Below are positions 1 to 12,986 of a stretch of DNA of 52,161 nucleotides, piece by piece (the stretch's first letter is position 1; each line of letters begins with the position of its first letter). The stretch lies in the NCBI GenBank assembly GCA_013115125.1, contig JABANN010000007.1:124001-176161 (forward strand), given 5' to 3'. Source of the stretch: Perkinsus olseni (taxonomy: Eukaryota). The translations under genes were made by a program, and so were the position numbers. The notes below the pieces were generated by a model, which saw only the letters and a list, made by a program, of their open reading frames with translations, ran no database searches and was not told the DNA's origin.

Positions 1-3000
1 TCTCCATCAAGGGCCACTGCACTCGTGCACTCATCCAGAAGAGCCCAACGGGGATGACGGAAGCTGATGAGCGACAGCAAATAGCTACCTACTATCTGCC
101 CATGCTAACGGGCCACTCAATCCCAAGGAACGAGTATCCGACATTACAATAGTCTAGCCATGCCTATTCTCTGCTGCTCTCCCAGACTGAGCTTATTCTC
201 CCAATCTTCATCGGACGTTAACAGTCCACCAACCTGTCGTTGTATAAGATAGCTCAAGTGAACATGCTCGAGGCACTCCTCAACTCTAGACAGAGTTAGC
301 TCCGTGACTCCAGCCTGACATAAGGATGAGAACAACGCCATTCTGCCCGCCTTGAGTCACTACTTTATCTGGGTAGGTGACCAAGTCTGCCAGAGTTCCC
401 TCAGGCATGTAAGGCTTAGTAGGGACGTAATGCAGCTGCTTGCCCGGAGGAGCCGATAATGTACCACCACCAGGAGACCACAGCCCCACGATAGTACCTG
501 TCCACCCTGGTGAGCGGGATATCACAGGAATGAAGAGGATTACGTAGCACACCGCTTTTGCCGCAACCATTCGGGCCTGTTATGATCATACCGTTGTCAG
601 AGTGGGCGTCGACTGCCATACTGAGCCGTGACGCCTGTTGAATGAATCGGAAGCCAATCCTATGAGCGACATCATGAACCCACCAGGATCATGCCGCCAT
701 CGGGTGTCTGGATATCCACTTCATCAAGCTTTATCATATCTTCTGTCGCGCTAGTACGAGTAGGCTCAGATTTGCCTGCGACAACCATATATGGGCCCTT
801 CAACAGGGTTCTAATAACTACCCTCCCCGGCCCTCTTTTTGTTCAGCAGAGCCCCACTCTCCTGACAGGCCCTCAACAGTTGTTCCACCTTAGCAAAACC
901 GACATGATGATAGCCCATCACCGACGAGCTGACAGCATACCCGACATACCCTAGTAGCGTGACCGCTTGCTCCAGCCCACTTCCCTCCTAGTTCCATCAG
1001 CATACCCAAAGCAGAGAATGAATGTGATACTACTGAGCCGAGGTACCTAATCATTGAGGTCCTCGGGTACTGCTCACCCCCAGCGTCCCTCACCTGAGTG
1101 TATGGCTGAGATACTCGTCTCCCTCAGCCCCACCGGCACCTTGGCGGTAAATCAGGCTAAGGACCCAGGAGGCATTCTGTGGCACCATTTGAGATACGAA
1201 GTAATCGAATATGCCGTAGAAATGCTCGAGCCTTTTCGACGAGCGTTGGAAGTCCAACTTGGCGGCCAATAACCTGAGTTACGGAAAACTAAATCACAAC
1301 TAAATACCCTTCCCTTCTGTTACTTATTGGCTGTCCGTGACTCGACAGCACCGCCATCCAGGAAGGCTATGGACTCAGCACACTGGCTTAACCGCCCATG
1401 GAACTTCGAGAAAGCCGCATCTGCAACGTTAGTTTACTATGCGAGTACGGCCATGGTAACGAGGACTCACCTAGCTCCTCGCGTCTAGCCGTTAATCCGG
1501 CCAGATCGGGGCGGATGACTCTCAGGAATACCATCCCCGATATAGTGTACGTTAGCAGAGATGATAGGCCGGTCCTGCCTAAGAGAAGAATAGCTTCACA
1601 TACAGTTACGAGAGACCTTAGGAGACTACCTGTCAGTTGGAAGACTCCGGCGCTGAACCAACCCAGATCCACTAGGGGCTTCATCGAATCACTCAGGATG
1701 TTGGCAAGGGCCTCAGCCAACTGGAAAGAAGAACACCAGTCCTCCATGCCGGAAATACTCAACGTAACATACCTTGGGAACGTCCTCGACGATGACTTGA
1801 TCTGGCCCTCCTTCAGGTGGCACAAGATGGTAGAAACTTGAGCCTTCGAAATATCTACAGCGAACATAGTAGGAAGGGAGGCTGGAAGAACTTTCACTAC
1901 ACTGTAGTGAGTCTTTTCGTTAGTTGACGTCGCCAATAGTCGGCTATACCTGCCTCCAGTACATCACCAAGAGGAGAGAGCACTGCTTGAACTAGGCCCA
2001 TCAGAAGGGCGTTCACTACCTACAGGAGGATGTAATCGAGGACGATTCAGCGGCCCTACCAAAGCATGGAAGCCCGCAGTCCTCCTCTGCATGAGCAGTC
2101 TCAGTGCATGACCATTGATATGAGCTATCCTATTACTAACGTAGGTCCCTGACAAGCATTCTGTGATCTCCAGCATTACTCTTCACCCTACTTCCGATAA
2201 TCACTGACAATAAACCTAACAATCTCCCTCCCTGAGGTCCATCAACAGGGCCTAGTAACTCTACCAGGCGTAGTATACTGACACTAGGCAATGAAGATAC
2301 AGCGGGTCGAGGACCTGCCCCACAGGAGCCTCAGAGTCTAGTGGCCTCAAGTACACAGGAGCAGCAGCCTGCTACCTGTGATATGATGCCTGCGCGCCAC
2401 TTGACTGGACTGGTCCCCCGCAACAAGTGTATTACCCCCTAGCTGCTGCAGCGATCCGGTTCCTGAACCAAGCCCTCTCACTACGCCCAAGCGGTATCGA
2501 GTCAACAGCCCTACTCTCTAGCCGACTGACCATCTCCGTGAACGGTAAGGCACCTGTCTTCATGAAAGAGCGGAAAGACTCTGAGGCCTTTAGGGGCGCT
2601 TTAGAGGCCTTCGCACCTTCAATAGCCGTTATAGTATACCTTGCCAACAAGCACTCAGGTGCCGTTTAAGGTAGGACCGCTGCTTACCCGCCACACCCAT
2701 CCAATGTTACCATATGATCATGGAACTCGTGCAGCGCTGGGCGATGGGATATAGTTATTAGAGAGATACCCAATTGTCCACACAACTTGAACAACCTTCG
2801 CTCCATCTTAATACTCACAGCCGAAGTACATTCATCCAGGATAGCGAAGGTTGGCCTGTGCCAGAATAATCGTGCCATCGACAGCCTCTGTTGCTCTCCT
2901 AGAGACAGTCGGGCGTCCCAGTCAATCACACCTGACCCTAACAATACTCCTGCAGTAGGGTATGGGGCCACTCACTGTCAAAGTCGTTAAGGTGGCTTAG

Positions 3001-5386
3001 TTCCACCAGGCGGAGTAGAGACCTAAGCTGTTCCTCGTCCAGGCTATTGGTATCAGGATAACATATGTTATCAGAGAGAGTCCCCACGACACAGTAGGGC
3101 TTCTGTGGTAGATAGAAGACGTAGCTATGGAGGCCTACACCTCCTCGACTACCAGGTCTAGTGATGGTACCTGATGTATTAGTAGTCCACAGATCCACAA
3201 ACTAGGATAGCCCCTGTTTAATACCCCTACGCGGTGTATCTACTATCCTACCTCGTTTGATGTCCCATAAGCCTCCCAAGCAGCGGAATATACTAGACTT
3301 CCCTGCTCCATTAGGCCCACATATAATAACATTGTCCCCTCTATCTATACGCAGATTGAGATCTGTGACCTGTCAACCGACTACTTTCGACAATCGAACA
3401 CCCCAGCCACTATTACCAGGCGATGGCCAGTAGGCGTGTCGATATCGACTCCCTCGAAGATCACCTCAGCGGCCTCGGCGTCCGCGCTGAACTTCCTTCG
3501 AGCTACTTCATCTTTAGCTTTAGATAACGCTATCGCTCTTCGGTCTTCCATCTCGACAACCTAGAGATAAGCAGTACGGTGGTGCCGCCTTGCTGTACTA
3601 CTATCACCAGCCTCCCACAACGATCCACCAACCCTGTGAGTCGGGCTAGTGTACCCGCTAGTCTGGCGAATTGTGCGCAGGCTACTAGCTCCATCAGAAG
3701 CATATCTGTTAGATACCTGCTACATTGATACACACAGGACATAGTCCATATAATCTCTAACGGATGGTGGTAACAATACGGTAAGGGGGGGGGGTAGTAC
3801 AAGAGTATCCCAATGTCATCGAGAGACTGGGATACCAGTGAAGTAAAATGCTAGTACCGGTGTATACTAACTCACCTTATCTCATAGAGCATTTCGCCTT
3901 TACTCTTCCCTCCTCTACGCTGTCTAAAGAAGGGTATGAGGATAAGGTACATAGCTAGGGTGAACGTGCAGTAGCGAGCAGCATACCTGATGATACCACT
4001 GTAAGCCGCCCTACAGCCATGCTACCAACGCTTACTCTTGAAACACGTTCGAGATAAAGTTGTCATGACGAACCTTATCCAGAAAAAACATTAGGCGCTC
4101 GAATGCACCCTGGAGGACTTCCTTTTCGTACCGTCTACGAGCACAAAGATAACCACCACGAACAGCCCCAAAAATACAGTAGGCCTACCCTCCTTGATAC
4201 AGAGCTACAGCCTCCGCATTCCTGGCTAGCCTAGAATGCCCATGCTTGTAGGCCGACTCAAGTCTGCGCATCCGTTTCTCTGGCAAGAACACCGCTCCTA
4301 CTACTAGCCCGACTCGAGGCCCTGCTCACTCTGGTGGCCATAGTCCGGGGCTAAACGCTGGACCAGGAGGTATGAGGATGCTGCGTACCTGCAGGATATG
4401 CTCATCTATTGTGCAGGCGCAAAACCAGCTTGTAGTACAGTATCGGCCCGGCGGTAAGTTTGAGGCCATCAACCCTAGAGCCGCTGATACTCTTGGCGAA
4501 GGGATATATAAGACTCGAGAAGAAGGCAAAGTTGGTGACACTATTAATGAGATCACATGCTGCTAGGCCGAGGTCCCTAGTAAGGAGAGGTACCTGATGA
4601 TGACGACCCACAATGCTGAGGTAAGGTACTCATAGAAAGGCATCACATCGGTGCATATTCTGTCGTAGGCATGGGCCTCTCCTTGAAGATGATAGTAGTT
4701 GAGACTGTCGAAATAGAGTGTTTGCAGATAGGATGCCATTTTGGCATGCCAATGCCGCCCAAGGCTACCTGAGAGAGTCAGGAAGGCAGTGCCGAGCCAG
4801 ACAGCACAGGGCCCAACCATCCCGTAGTACTGACGAAATTGGCAAGGGCTTTGCTGGCCACGGAGAGTGCAAGACCCAAGCCCAAATTGCGGAGTAGTAG
4901 AGGTGCAAAAACATCCTTGCGGCCTTCAAAGACCGCTCTGAATAACTCGCCCTGTAACCTGGCCTTCCGCACATCTATTAGCGCAAAGATACAGGCTATC
5001 CCCAGCATGAATAGACCTGAGCTCACGGAATAATCATGACCAAACTAAAACAACTACAACGACGCCTTACATAGCTTTTGGGCATGCTTGTCACTTCCCA
5101 AATCTAGTATCCGGATTATAACTCTCCAGAGCTCCCTCCGCGAAAGCTTATTCCCAGACCGGTCCCCTTCGAGCCCACCTGGAGAGGGAAGAACCCCTAA
5201 TAAGATACCAACGACCTCAATGACAGTACCTTCGCCCTCTCTTCGTCTATCCATGTTTTCCCCGTCTTTGCTGTCTTTAGTCCTGTTAGCTCTGATAACA
5301 CCAACAGCTCCGAGTGCTGCTGAGGCTAGTACTGCTGTCCACACCAGCTGGGACTTTACTATACTACGACCGGGCCTCACCACCAT
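1..5386 (-). CDS. Full-size peroxisomal ABC transporter, subfamily D (TMD-NBD-TMD-NBD); multi-exon, 3' end truncated by window edge
   Basis: ATG at 5386 (MVVRPGRS..., TM segment). NBD1: Walker A GPNGAGKS (~3300-3320), YLPQKPY, LSLGEQQRLSMARLFWHRPTFAILDECTSAVS, ITISHR. NBD2: GPNGCGKS (~555-580), YVPTKPYMPEGTL, LSLGEQQRIGMARL, FRHPRWALLDECTSAVALDG at 1-62. LSLGEQQR and LDECTSAV are characteristic ABCD motifs. Confidence 0.9.
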
Positions 5387-6856
5387 TATATGTTGCTACA
5401 GGTTAAAAAAAGCCCACAATTATACACTGGGCCACTAAGGATTGCCAGGAAGTACAAGCTGGCAGAAGCCAGGCTCGGATCTAAAAATATGTACAGCGCG
5501 GCCTGCCTGAAGATACTAGGGACAAGTTGAGTGTTGCAAGTATACCGTCGTCCCTCTTCTAGGAAATATTGTACCAGGCCAGGATAGCAGTCAGCTTGTG
5601 CTTAGGTACCGGGAAATGGCCCAGAATCAACGACAACAAACGAGTTGAGAAAATTTTTGTGGAGAAGAGCGGAGCGAAACGATTCAAATTCATAAAGTGA
5701 ATGCCACACATCGTGTGCCGAGGGAAAATTCTAGGCAGTCCGCTTCAGGAGACAGCTGTGTGCTTGCGTGCAGGAGAGTGGGCGTCACCGCCGAGGCGTT
5801 CACTGACGAGTTCGTGGACGGTAGACCGGGATTTTATTTTCAGTGAAGAAGTTATGCTTCTTCTTTGGAAACTTAGTAGAGCGTTTATCTAAGTCCTTTC
5901 CTTGGAATGGTACATACAGGCGAATATGGCAGATGCGTGCTCGCTCTAAGTGACGCTAGACCTCAGCACAACACTCTTAGGACCAACACTTCAAGTCCTT
6001 GGGGTGCCGTACAGTTGGCTCATGTTACACGATGAAGTCCACTAGACACAACAGGCCGCATGCCGTACTCCGCACTCGAATTCGAGGGATGACCGACCCA
6101 CTATCAGACGGGAGCTCGTCTGCCATCATCAATCGATTGTTCAGCTACTACCTGGAACTCTGATGATGGAGAGGTAGATAGATTGCTCATTCCCGCGAGC
6201 CAGGGCCCCCTTCGAGTATCGATGGACGAAGGGCAGGTCGCTGTGATATGGAGGAGCCCATTGCTCCCAGGATTATGGGGTTCCACGGCACAGGATGGAT
6301 GGGCTCATAATGAGATGCAGCTTGTCGACGGGCAGTCTATTTACTCATGTGACGGAGGACAGAGGCGAAGGCACTGTTCATTCCCGGCTAGTATGCACCG
6401 TTCATTGACTTACAATAGTTGGTTATGAGTTAATCGTAGTAGTGTTTGTTATTGAACTATTGGCACGAGATGCTGAGTACAGGATGTGGCGATACGTTGG
6501 TCTATTCTTAGACTCATAGCACAAGCTTAGACACAAGCAACACATAATGTGATGAAGGATGATCTTACAAGAAAGTCGTATAGCGTTCATTTATTCGGAG
6601 GAATGGTTGATAAGTCTTATCTCAAAGGTCAGGCGAAAGTGGCATTGACCACACAGTGGGTAGGCTTCGAGTTAGTAGTGCGGCATACCGCTCTCCAGGC
6701 GGAAGGTCCAGGTGATTCATCATCGCAAACTCACGGGCGGCGAGAAAAAAATCAGAAGATATAATCGTCTTTGGGAAACTGAACGGGTAGATGTGGGAGT
6801 GGAGAAGGCACGCTAATATTCACAGGGTGTGTTTTTGAACCTTTGATCTGAGCCGG

Positions 6857-8560
6857 ATGACAGAGTTAGTCGAGGATGTAGTTCTGGAGAAGTCTGCTGG
6901 AGAGTCTAGTGGTGCTGGCCACTTGGATGAGGCCCACGCATGGGAGGCTGATTACACTAAGAGTTGGATAAATATTACCAAAGATCAGTAATGCATCACA
7001 AAAGTCCAGCTTAGTAACAAGTATTGTGTTCAGGCACGGAAAACTGGTAGTCCGAGACGAGGCAGCCACTGCTCGAAAGTCATGAGGTCAAGTCGATAAT
7101 CCATCGTATAGGTTTGCCTCACACCAGGTACCCTCGGAACTACGATGGTGTCCTTCCTGTCTCTGCTGGTGATGATGGTGAACTGGTCCATAAACAGTCG
7201 ATGGCACTGAAGAGAGGTCTCCTGCGGTTTCTATACTTGGTGGTGGACATGAGCTCTGCAATGCAGAATACAGATTACAAGCAGAATAGGTTATAACACG
7301 GGAGGACACCGCCGTACTGCGTTCAATACGTCGATGATGATCTCAGGTTGGATTTCGTTGTGACGCATCTGTGTCGTAATTTCATCCCTCAATACTTTGA
7401 CCTCAATCCTATTAGCAATCTCTCTGTTATCTCATTACGAGATCAGAAGGCCCACTTCGTCACACGTAACAGACTCTGAGCCGCCTTCCCCGTACTATTG
7501 TGACTGCTATAGGTATGTCCGGTCAACCGGCTTCTCAAGTAGAGCGGGTCCTCCAGTTCTCGACGGGCGGAGTTTCAGGCTCGGCATCGCTTGTGAATGC
7601 ACTCGAGGCAGTAGGCCAGGCTGCCAAGGGCAGTCTACCACGCTACGGTGACATACTCTAAGATCTCCGAAATGTGCTGGAATGCACCTTATCAGGCACA
7701 CGTGAGGTCTTGATAGTGTGGGGATCGCTCCACTCGGTGGATCCACCAACCAGTGGGAAACTCATACCAGACTGTGTTGAGAGGCTTATAGAGGAAATCA
7801 AACCCAATTCGGTCCGGGTAATGGACCATCGATCCGGCGGCCAGAGATGACGATCATGAGCAGGTGTCTGTGATCTCACTCTCTCCTGAATTGTATGCGC
7901 TTCGGAAGGTTGTTGAGATGACTGGCGGTACCTTCTCTGTTGCTACAAGTCCCATACACTTCAAACGTTTAATGCAGAGTAAGTCCTGAGCCGCAGCCCA
8001 CCGTGAGATGCATGCGATGATCAGAGCACCTCACACCCCCAAACTGGGTTAGTTCCCCGAGCTATATAAAGATGGGCTTCCCTGTACGAAGGGCTTGTGA
8101 TGGCAACCATACGGCAGATCCACCCATAAAGTGCATGTGCCATAACAAGTTACAGAAGACCTTCGTGTGAGGATGGCAGTATAGTACCCGATGCATGGTG
8201 ACAGAGCCTCGTTGTATCAGGTATATTTGTCCACAGTGCCACAGCCCAGTCTGTGAGATACCGGTGAATTGTCCAGTATGCAGGCTCCCACTGGTGGATG
8301 ATGATGCACTCAAGAAACATCATCGACACATTTATTCCATGCCAACGTAATTGTGATCGTGTTTGGGGTATTGCTCACGTCCCTGTGACAGGTACACTTT
8401 ACTACCCACTGTAGATTACCCCAAGTCTTACACATGCCGGTTTTGTGGGACCGATTTCACAGAGGGCGGTGCCAGATGCGATCAGTGTTTGAGTGATGTC
8501 TGCTATGAATGCGATATGTTTGCCCACAACAAGCTTCGCCACTGTCCTGGTTGCTTATAG
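6857..8560 (+). CDS. GTF2H2: TFIIH core subunit p44/Ssl1 (vWA domain plus C-terminal zinc fingers); multi-exon
   Basis: ATG 6857, N-terminal AWEADYTKSW; RGLLRFLYLVVDMSSAMQNTDYKQNRL; YFDLNPISNL; IKMGFP; YICPQCHSPVCEIPVNCPVC; C-terminal CRFC...CDQC...CYECDMFAHNKLRHCPGCL-stop. Confidence 0.93.
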
Positions 8561-8853
8561 TTTCTCACCTAAGCTCGGTCTCCCGTTCCTAGTATATTAA
8601 AACTGCAACACAACCACACTGAAGCACGGTAACGTTTATGTACTTGCTTTCGAGCAATCGCTATACAACACAAAACAGAAAAACAGGCGATGTGCAGAGA
8701 ACATGAAGGAATGCACTTTTCCGGGCCTAGGACGAGTGCAGAGGGAACAGACACCATTAGAACGGGTACTATCCGAAGCACGGCAACAATGGTGATATCT
8801 CACATGCCATCCGATGCGAGCTACACTACGCTGTGAAAGAGGGAAGGATGTAT

Positions 8854-10053
8854 CTACTTGAGACGGCAGTCAGCGGCCAAGGAATGATAGTCTTTGCAGT
8901 CGGAGAAACCCATCTGTTGTGAATAGCTGTCTCCATAGAAACAACGAGACCATTCCCAATTATGCACAGCGAACAGTGAACCCTTGACGTCGAATAGATG
9001 ATCGAATTGTTCTTGAGTAACAACACCTTCCGACACCATGCGCTTGGTCAGATTATTGAGCGTATCCCAGATGTACTCGATGCCACCGTTGGAGTCAGGA
9101 TAAGAAGAGGTATCCTTGGCACACATCGATAGCTTGGCACAACCATTACCCATTTCACACGAGCCCTCAACCATGATAGTGATCTTGGCCTTAAGATTCT
9201 CCCAGCCGGGCTGAGTACAAACAGTACATTGCTCAGTCATCATCCATTTCATACGTTCCAATAGATCATCCTCATAGTTACCACCAAGCTCATTCCTGTA
9301 CAACATCATCAGAGCATGATCTGCATAACGCATAACGTACTCAGTCTCAGAAGGGTTCTTTTCACCCTCGATGGTACTGTCAACAAAGATAGAGTTCGGA
9401 AGGTACCCCATACCCTGAGTCACCTCCTTTATCATATCTTGGGACTTCTGAAGAGCCTCCTTGTAGTAGTCATCGGCGATATGCTCAACGTCGAAACTAA
9501 TGCCGATTGGAGAGATCTCAGCCATGGTCTGGGCAGGCACAGAGCGCATGAGGAATTGCTCAAATGTGGTCACGAAGGCAACCATTTTCTCACCGCTTTT
9601 GTCAACAACATCACCATACGTGAGCCAGATAACACCGTTATTACCGCTCTCCTGGCGCCACTTCTTCATCCAACTCACAAGTTTGGTCTGGTCCTTGATG
9701 AAGTTATAGTTAGACGCATCGGCAATGTTAATGTACAGATCTCCGCAGTTCCATTGACGGCCCATGTCGCTCTTGGCAAAGTTAGTCAGTGTTTCATCAC
9801 CCTCCCTCCAGTAGGACTGCGACCAGGTATAAGTAGCAATCTTATTGCCACTGCATGCGTCAGAGGGCGCTGGCCTTTGAGTGGGCGGAGAAGGGGGACT
9901 AGGTGGGAATGTGACAGGCTGGCTGGGGTCATCGGGTAGAGGAGAAGGCAAGTTGCCGCTGCCGCTGCCGCTACTACCACCGCTCGTCGAGCATCCTTGG
10001 AGAGCGATCATCATCAACGTACAAGTTGCCGATGCTGCAGCAGACCACCGCAT
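8854..10053 (-). CDS. Array copy 1: secreted/lipoprotein-like Cys-rich protein, putative glycoside-hydrolase-like fold (399 aa, intronless)
   Basis: Single ORF. Signal peptide ending IALQG-C21-STSGG, Pro-rich linker, conserved domain (GISFDVEH, YADHALMMLYRN, KITIMVEGSC, HNWEWSRCFYG) shared with four neighbours. Confidence 0.9.
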   Translation of the reverse strand: MRWSAAASATCTLMMIALQGCSTSGGSSGSGSGNLPSPLPDDPSQPVTFPPSPPSPPTQRPAPSDACSGNKIATYTWSQSYWREGDETLTNFAKSDMGRQWNCGDLYINIADASNYNFIKDQTKLVSWMKKWRQESGNNGVIWLTYGDVVDKSGEKMVAFVTTFEQFLMRSVPAQTMAEISPIGISFDVEHIADDYYKEALQKSQDMIKEVTQGMGYLPNSIFVDSTIEGEKNPSETEYVMRYADHALMMLYRNELGGNYEDDLLERMKWMMTEQCTVCTQPGWENLKAKITIMVEGSCEMGNGCAKLSMCAKDTSSYPDSNGGIEYIWDTLNNLTKRMVSEGVVTQEQFDHLFDVKGSLFAVHNWEWSRCFYGDSYSQQMGFSDCKDYHSLAADCRLK

Positions 10054-11197
10054 TATAGGAAGTGGTTAGATATGAGATTAGAGAGAAACCTGCGAAGGGA
10101 AGGTAGTCCGGGCAAAAACGCTCACGTTCCCCTGACCGAGAAGACGTACTTAACGACACATTGTGTCGGACACAAGACGCCGTCCCCGAATTTCTCCCGA
10201 GTCTCAGCAACAAGGCTAGGACCGTTTCTAAGGAACTCAGTTGCCCTCCGTCACGTTTCGCAAGAGCGCCAGAGAACACTGCAGTCCTCAGCAATCTTAC
10301 CGCCCCCTCTGATTCAACGGTTACGGAAAAATGATCGAGGACCGCCATTATGGCCTTCGGGTTTTTAGCTAAGTTGGATACTCTGCGATTTCACATTCGG
10401 ACGACCCGGGTTCGACCCAGCCACACTGCATTAATGCCAAATCCATTTGGCAAATGGATTTCTCTCCGCGTGTTCAATAGATCTCTCCTGAGTTTCAAGA
10501 ACGCTCCCAGGATCGTATTTTACACGTTAAATTCAATCCTGGGAGCGCTCCTGAAACTCAGGAGAGGTCTATTGAACACCCCCTCTATTTTAGCATGCCT
10601 CAACCCTACTGCACGGCGTTGTGTGCAAAGCCGTTATATTCGTGGTATAGACGAAAAAAGGTTCCGGAAGCCCTGGGAATGTGAAGACTTGAGGCTGATT
10701 GTCGCGCCGAGTAGGGGGGTAAGCATGGGATAACAGGAAGCACTGGGTATACTTGAAGGGTGACTAACGAGGTTCACAGGGAAGAGAGGCGGATTGCTGG
10801 TTATGGTGAAGTGACCTACTGCGAACCAAGAGGATCAAGGCAGATCTCAGCATGTGGTTCTCGAGCGAATTACACTCGTGATTGACTAAACCCTTCCGGG
10901 CTGTGCAAATTCTATAACTCAACCGTCCACAATGTCGTAGAGAACTGTCATTCCACCGCGGGAATACTTGTACGTGCCCTGCTCAAAACCTCTGTCTCCA
11001 TCCAGTGACACACGCAAACGCTCAATCGATTAACACTAGCAATGCGCTTGTGGCATTCGATTAAATCACTAAAATGCAGCGGCGATGACACAGGAAATGT
11101 AATTGTAGAGTAAACCTACACACAGACACAAGTTGTATCATACAACTACATTCTAGTTTGTCATACATAGGGAGTTACCCTTCCAATACCGATCAAT

Positions 11198-12397
11198 CTA
11201 CTCCGTTCTGCAGCTCGAAGCATCAAGATGGTAGTTTTGAATGCAGTCAGTGTAGTTGTTCTGTTGAGAGAAAGAATCGCCGTAATAACATCGAGACCAC
11301 TCCCAATTATGTATGGCGTATAATGTACCATTAACATCGAACAACTTATTGTATTGATCCTGTGTGAGGATGCCTGCTGGAACCATCTCATTTGTGAGAT
11401 CTTGTAGACTATCCCACACATACTCGATGCCTCCGTTGGGATCGGGGTATTTGCTAGTGTCATATGCACACATAGAGAGCTTACCACAACCATTACCCAT
11501 CTCACAGGATCCTTCAACCATGATAGTGATCTTGGCCTTCAGATCTTCCCAACCAGGCTGCGTACACACGACGCACTGGTCAGTCAACATCCATTGCATA
11601 CGCTCCAACAAACCGTCATTGTTCGTTCCATTTACCGAATTACGGTAAAGCATCATAAGCGCTCTATCAGCATTCTGCATAACATAAGTTGTTTCCTGTT
11701 GATTGGGCTCACCCTCGATAGTACTGCCCACGAAGATGGAATTGGGAAGATAACCCATACCCTTGGTGACATTAGCAATCATCTCTCTCGAGCTAGTTAG
11801 GGCCTTCAAGTAGTAATCATCAGGTACATGCTCAACATCAAAACTAATACCAATGGGTGCAATCTCTGCCATGTCCTCGGCAGAGACCGAGCGGATAAGG
11901 AACTGCTCGTAGGTGTTAACGAAGGCGCACATCTTTTGACCATCTCTCTCTGTAACATCACCATAAGTCAACCAGATTATCGCATCATTTCCACTATCCT
12001 GACGCCACTTCTTCATCCAAGCAACCAGTTGCGGCTGGTATTTAATAATATTGTAGTTGGTAGGGTCAGCCACGTTGATATAGAGCTCTCCGCAGTTCCA
12101 AGTCCTACCCATATCGCTCTGAATAAAGTCGGTCAGAGCGGGATCTCCTTCAGACCAGTAATCCTGAGACCATGAGTAGATACCAATTTTATGACCAGTG
12201 CAAGCATTGGTAGGCGGGGGTCTAGTGGTCGGGGGCGGGCCAGTCGTCTTCGGGAATGTCACCGTCTGATCTGGATTCGATGGGAGTGCGGGAGGCAGAG
12301 TCTCATGATCGCCGCCCCCGCTCGAATCAGTCGAGCAGCCAGACATGGCGAATGCCAGCGCTATCGATACCAACGCAGCGAAGAACTTCATATCCAT
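11198..12397 (-). CDS. Array copy 2 (399 aa, intronless)
   Basis: True ATG at 12397 (MDMKFFAALV...AMSG-C21-STDSS); the ORF track uses an upstream non-ATG start. Same conserved domain as copy 1. Confidence 0.9.
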   Translation of the reverse strand: MDMKFFAALVSIALAFAMSGCSTDSSGGGDHETLPPALPSNPDQTVTFPKTTGPPPTTRPPPTNACTGHKIGIYSWSQDYWSEGDPALTDFIQSDMGRTWNCGELYINVADPTNYNIIKYQPQLVAWMKKWRQDSGNDAIIWLTYGDVTERDGQKMCAFVNTYEQFLIRSVSAEDMAEIAPIGISFDVEHVPDDYYLKALTSSREMIANVTKGMGYLPNSIFVGSTIEGEPNQQETTYVMQNADRALMMLYRNSVNGTNNDGLLERMQWMLTDQCVVCTQPGWEDLKAKITIMVEGSCEMGNGCGKLSMCAYDTSKYPDPNGGIEYVWDSLQDLTNEMVPAGILTQDQYNKLFDVNGTLYAIHNWEWSRCYYGDSFSQQNNYTDCIQNYHLDASSCRTE

Positions 12398-12986
12398 ACT
12401 TCTATGTGAGACCTTTCTACGGGTAGCCACAGCGAGGGTTGTGCCAAAAGTAAGGAGCACACAAGCTGGCTTTGGAGCGCTGTCCCTTCTTGTTTAGGAT
12501 GCGCCTTGGCTGTCCGTCGAGCAGAACGTGAGAGCCCGTAACTCCTCTTAGTGATCCTGCCTAGCGTGATTGGGTCACTGAGCGGTCAAGCGGGGCCTGA
12601 TAAATCCACAACCTCCTGTCAGACGCACAAGTCGGAGAGTAGACTGACAGAGCGTTGACAGAATCATGTCAAGATCGACACAGAGAATTCATGTCCCCGC
12701 GCCAACACTTCATACGGGTACTACTGCAGCAGCAGTACCACTGCTCTGTCCCGGCGGACAAATTGAAAACACTTAAGCAAGACACAACAACTCCAGTCTC
12801 TAATACTCATATGGTCTTAAAGCATCGCAATGATAGCAACAACGGATCTGAGAAAATGTTGTGTACACATGGAAACTCATAAATAAAACTGTTGAGATAT
12901 GCTCGATGAGCAATCACTGAATACAGAGTAACACATGCACTCCAATAATGTATAATAATAGACACTGTAGTATACTGCACGCTTGC

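Noticed and set aside
5400-6800. Possible gene or transposon remnant in the ABCD-Ssl1 intergenic region
   Set aside because: Only short ORFs without recognisable motifs; no terminal repeats seen.
9316-9939. 207-aa plus-strand ORF and similar antisense ORFs over the array and RPA1
   Set aside because: These are antisense shadows of conserved coding sequence, with no motifs of their own.
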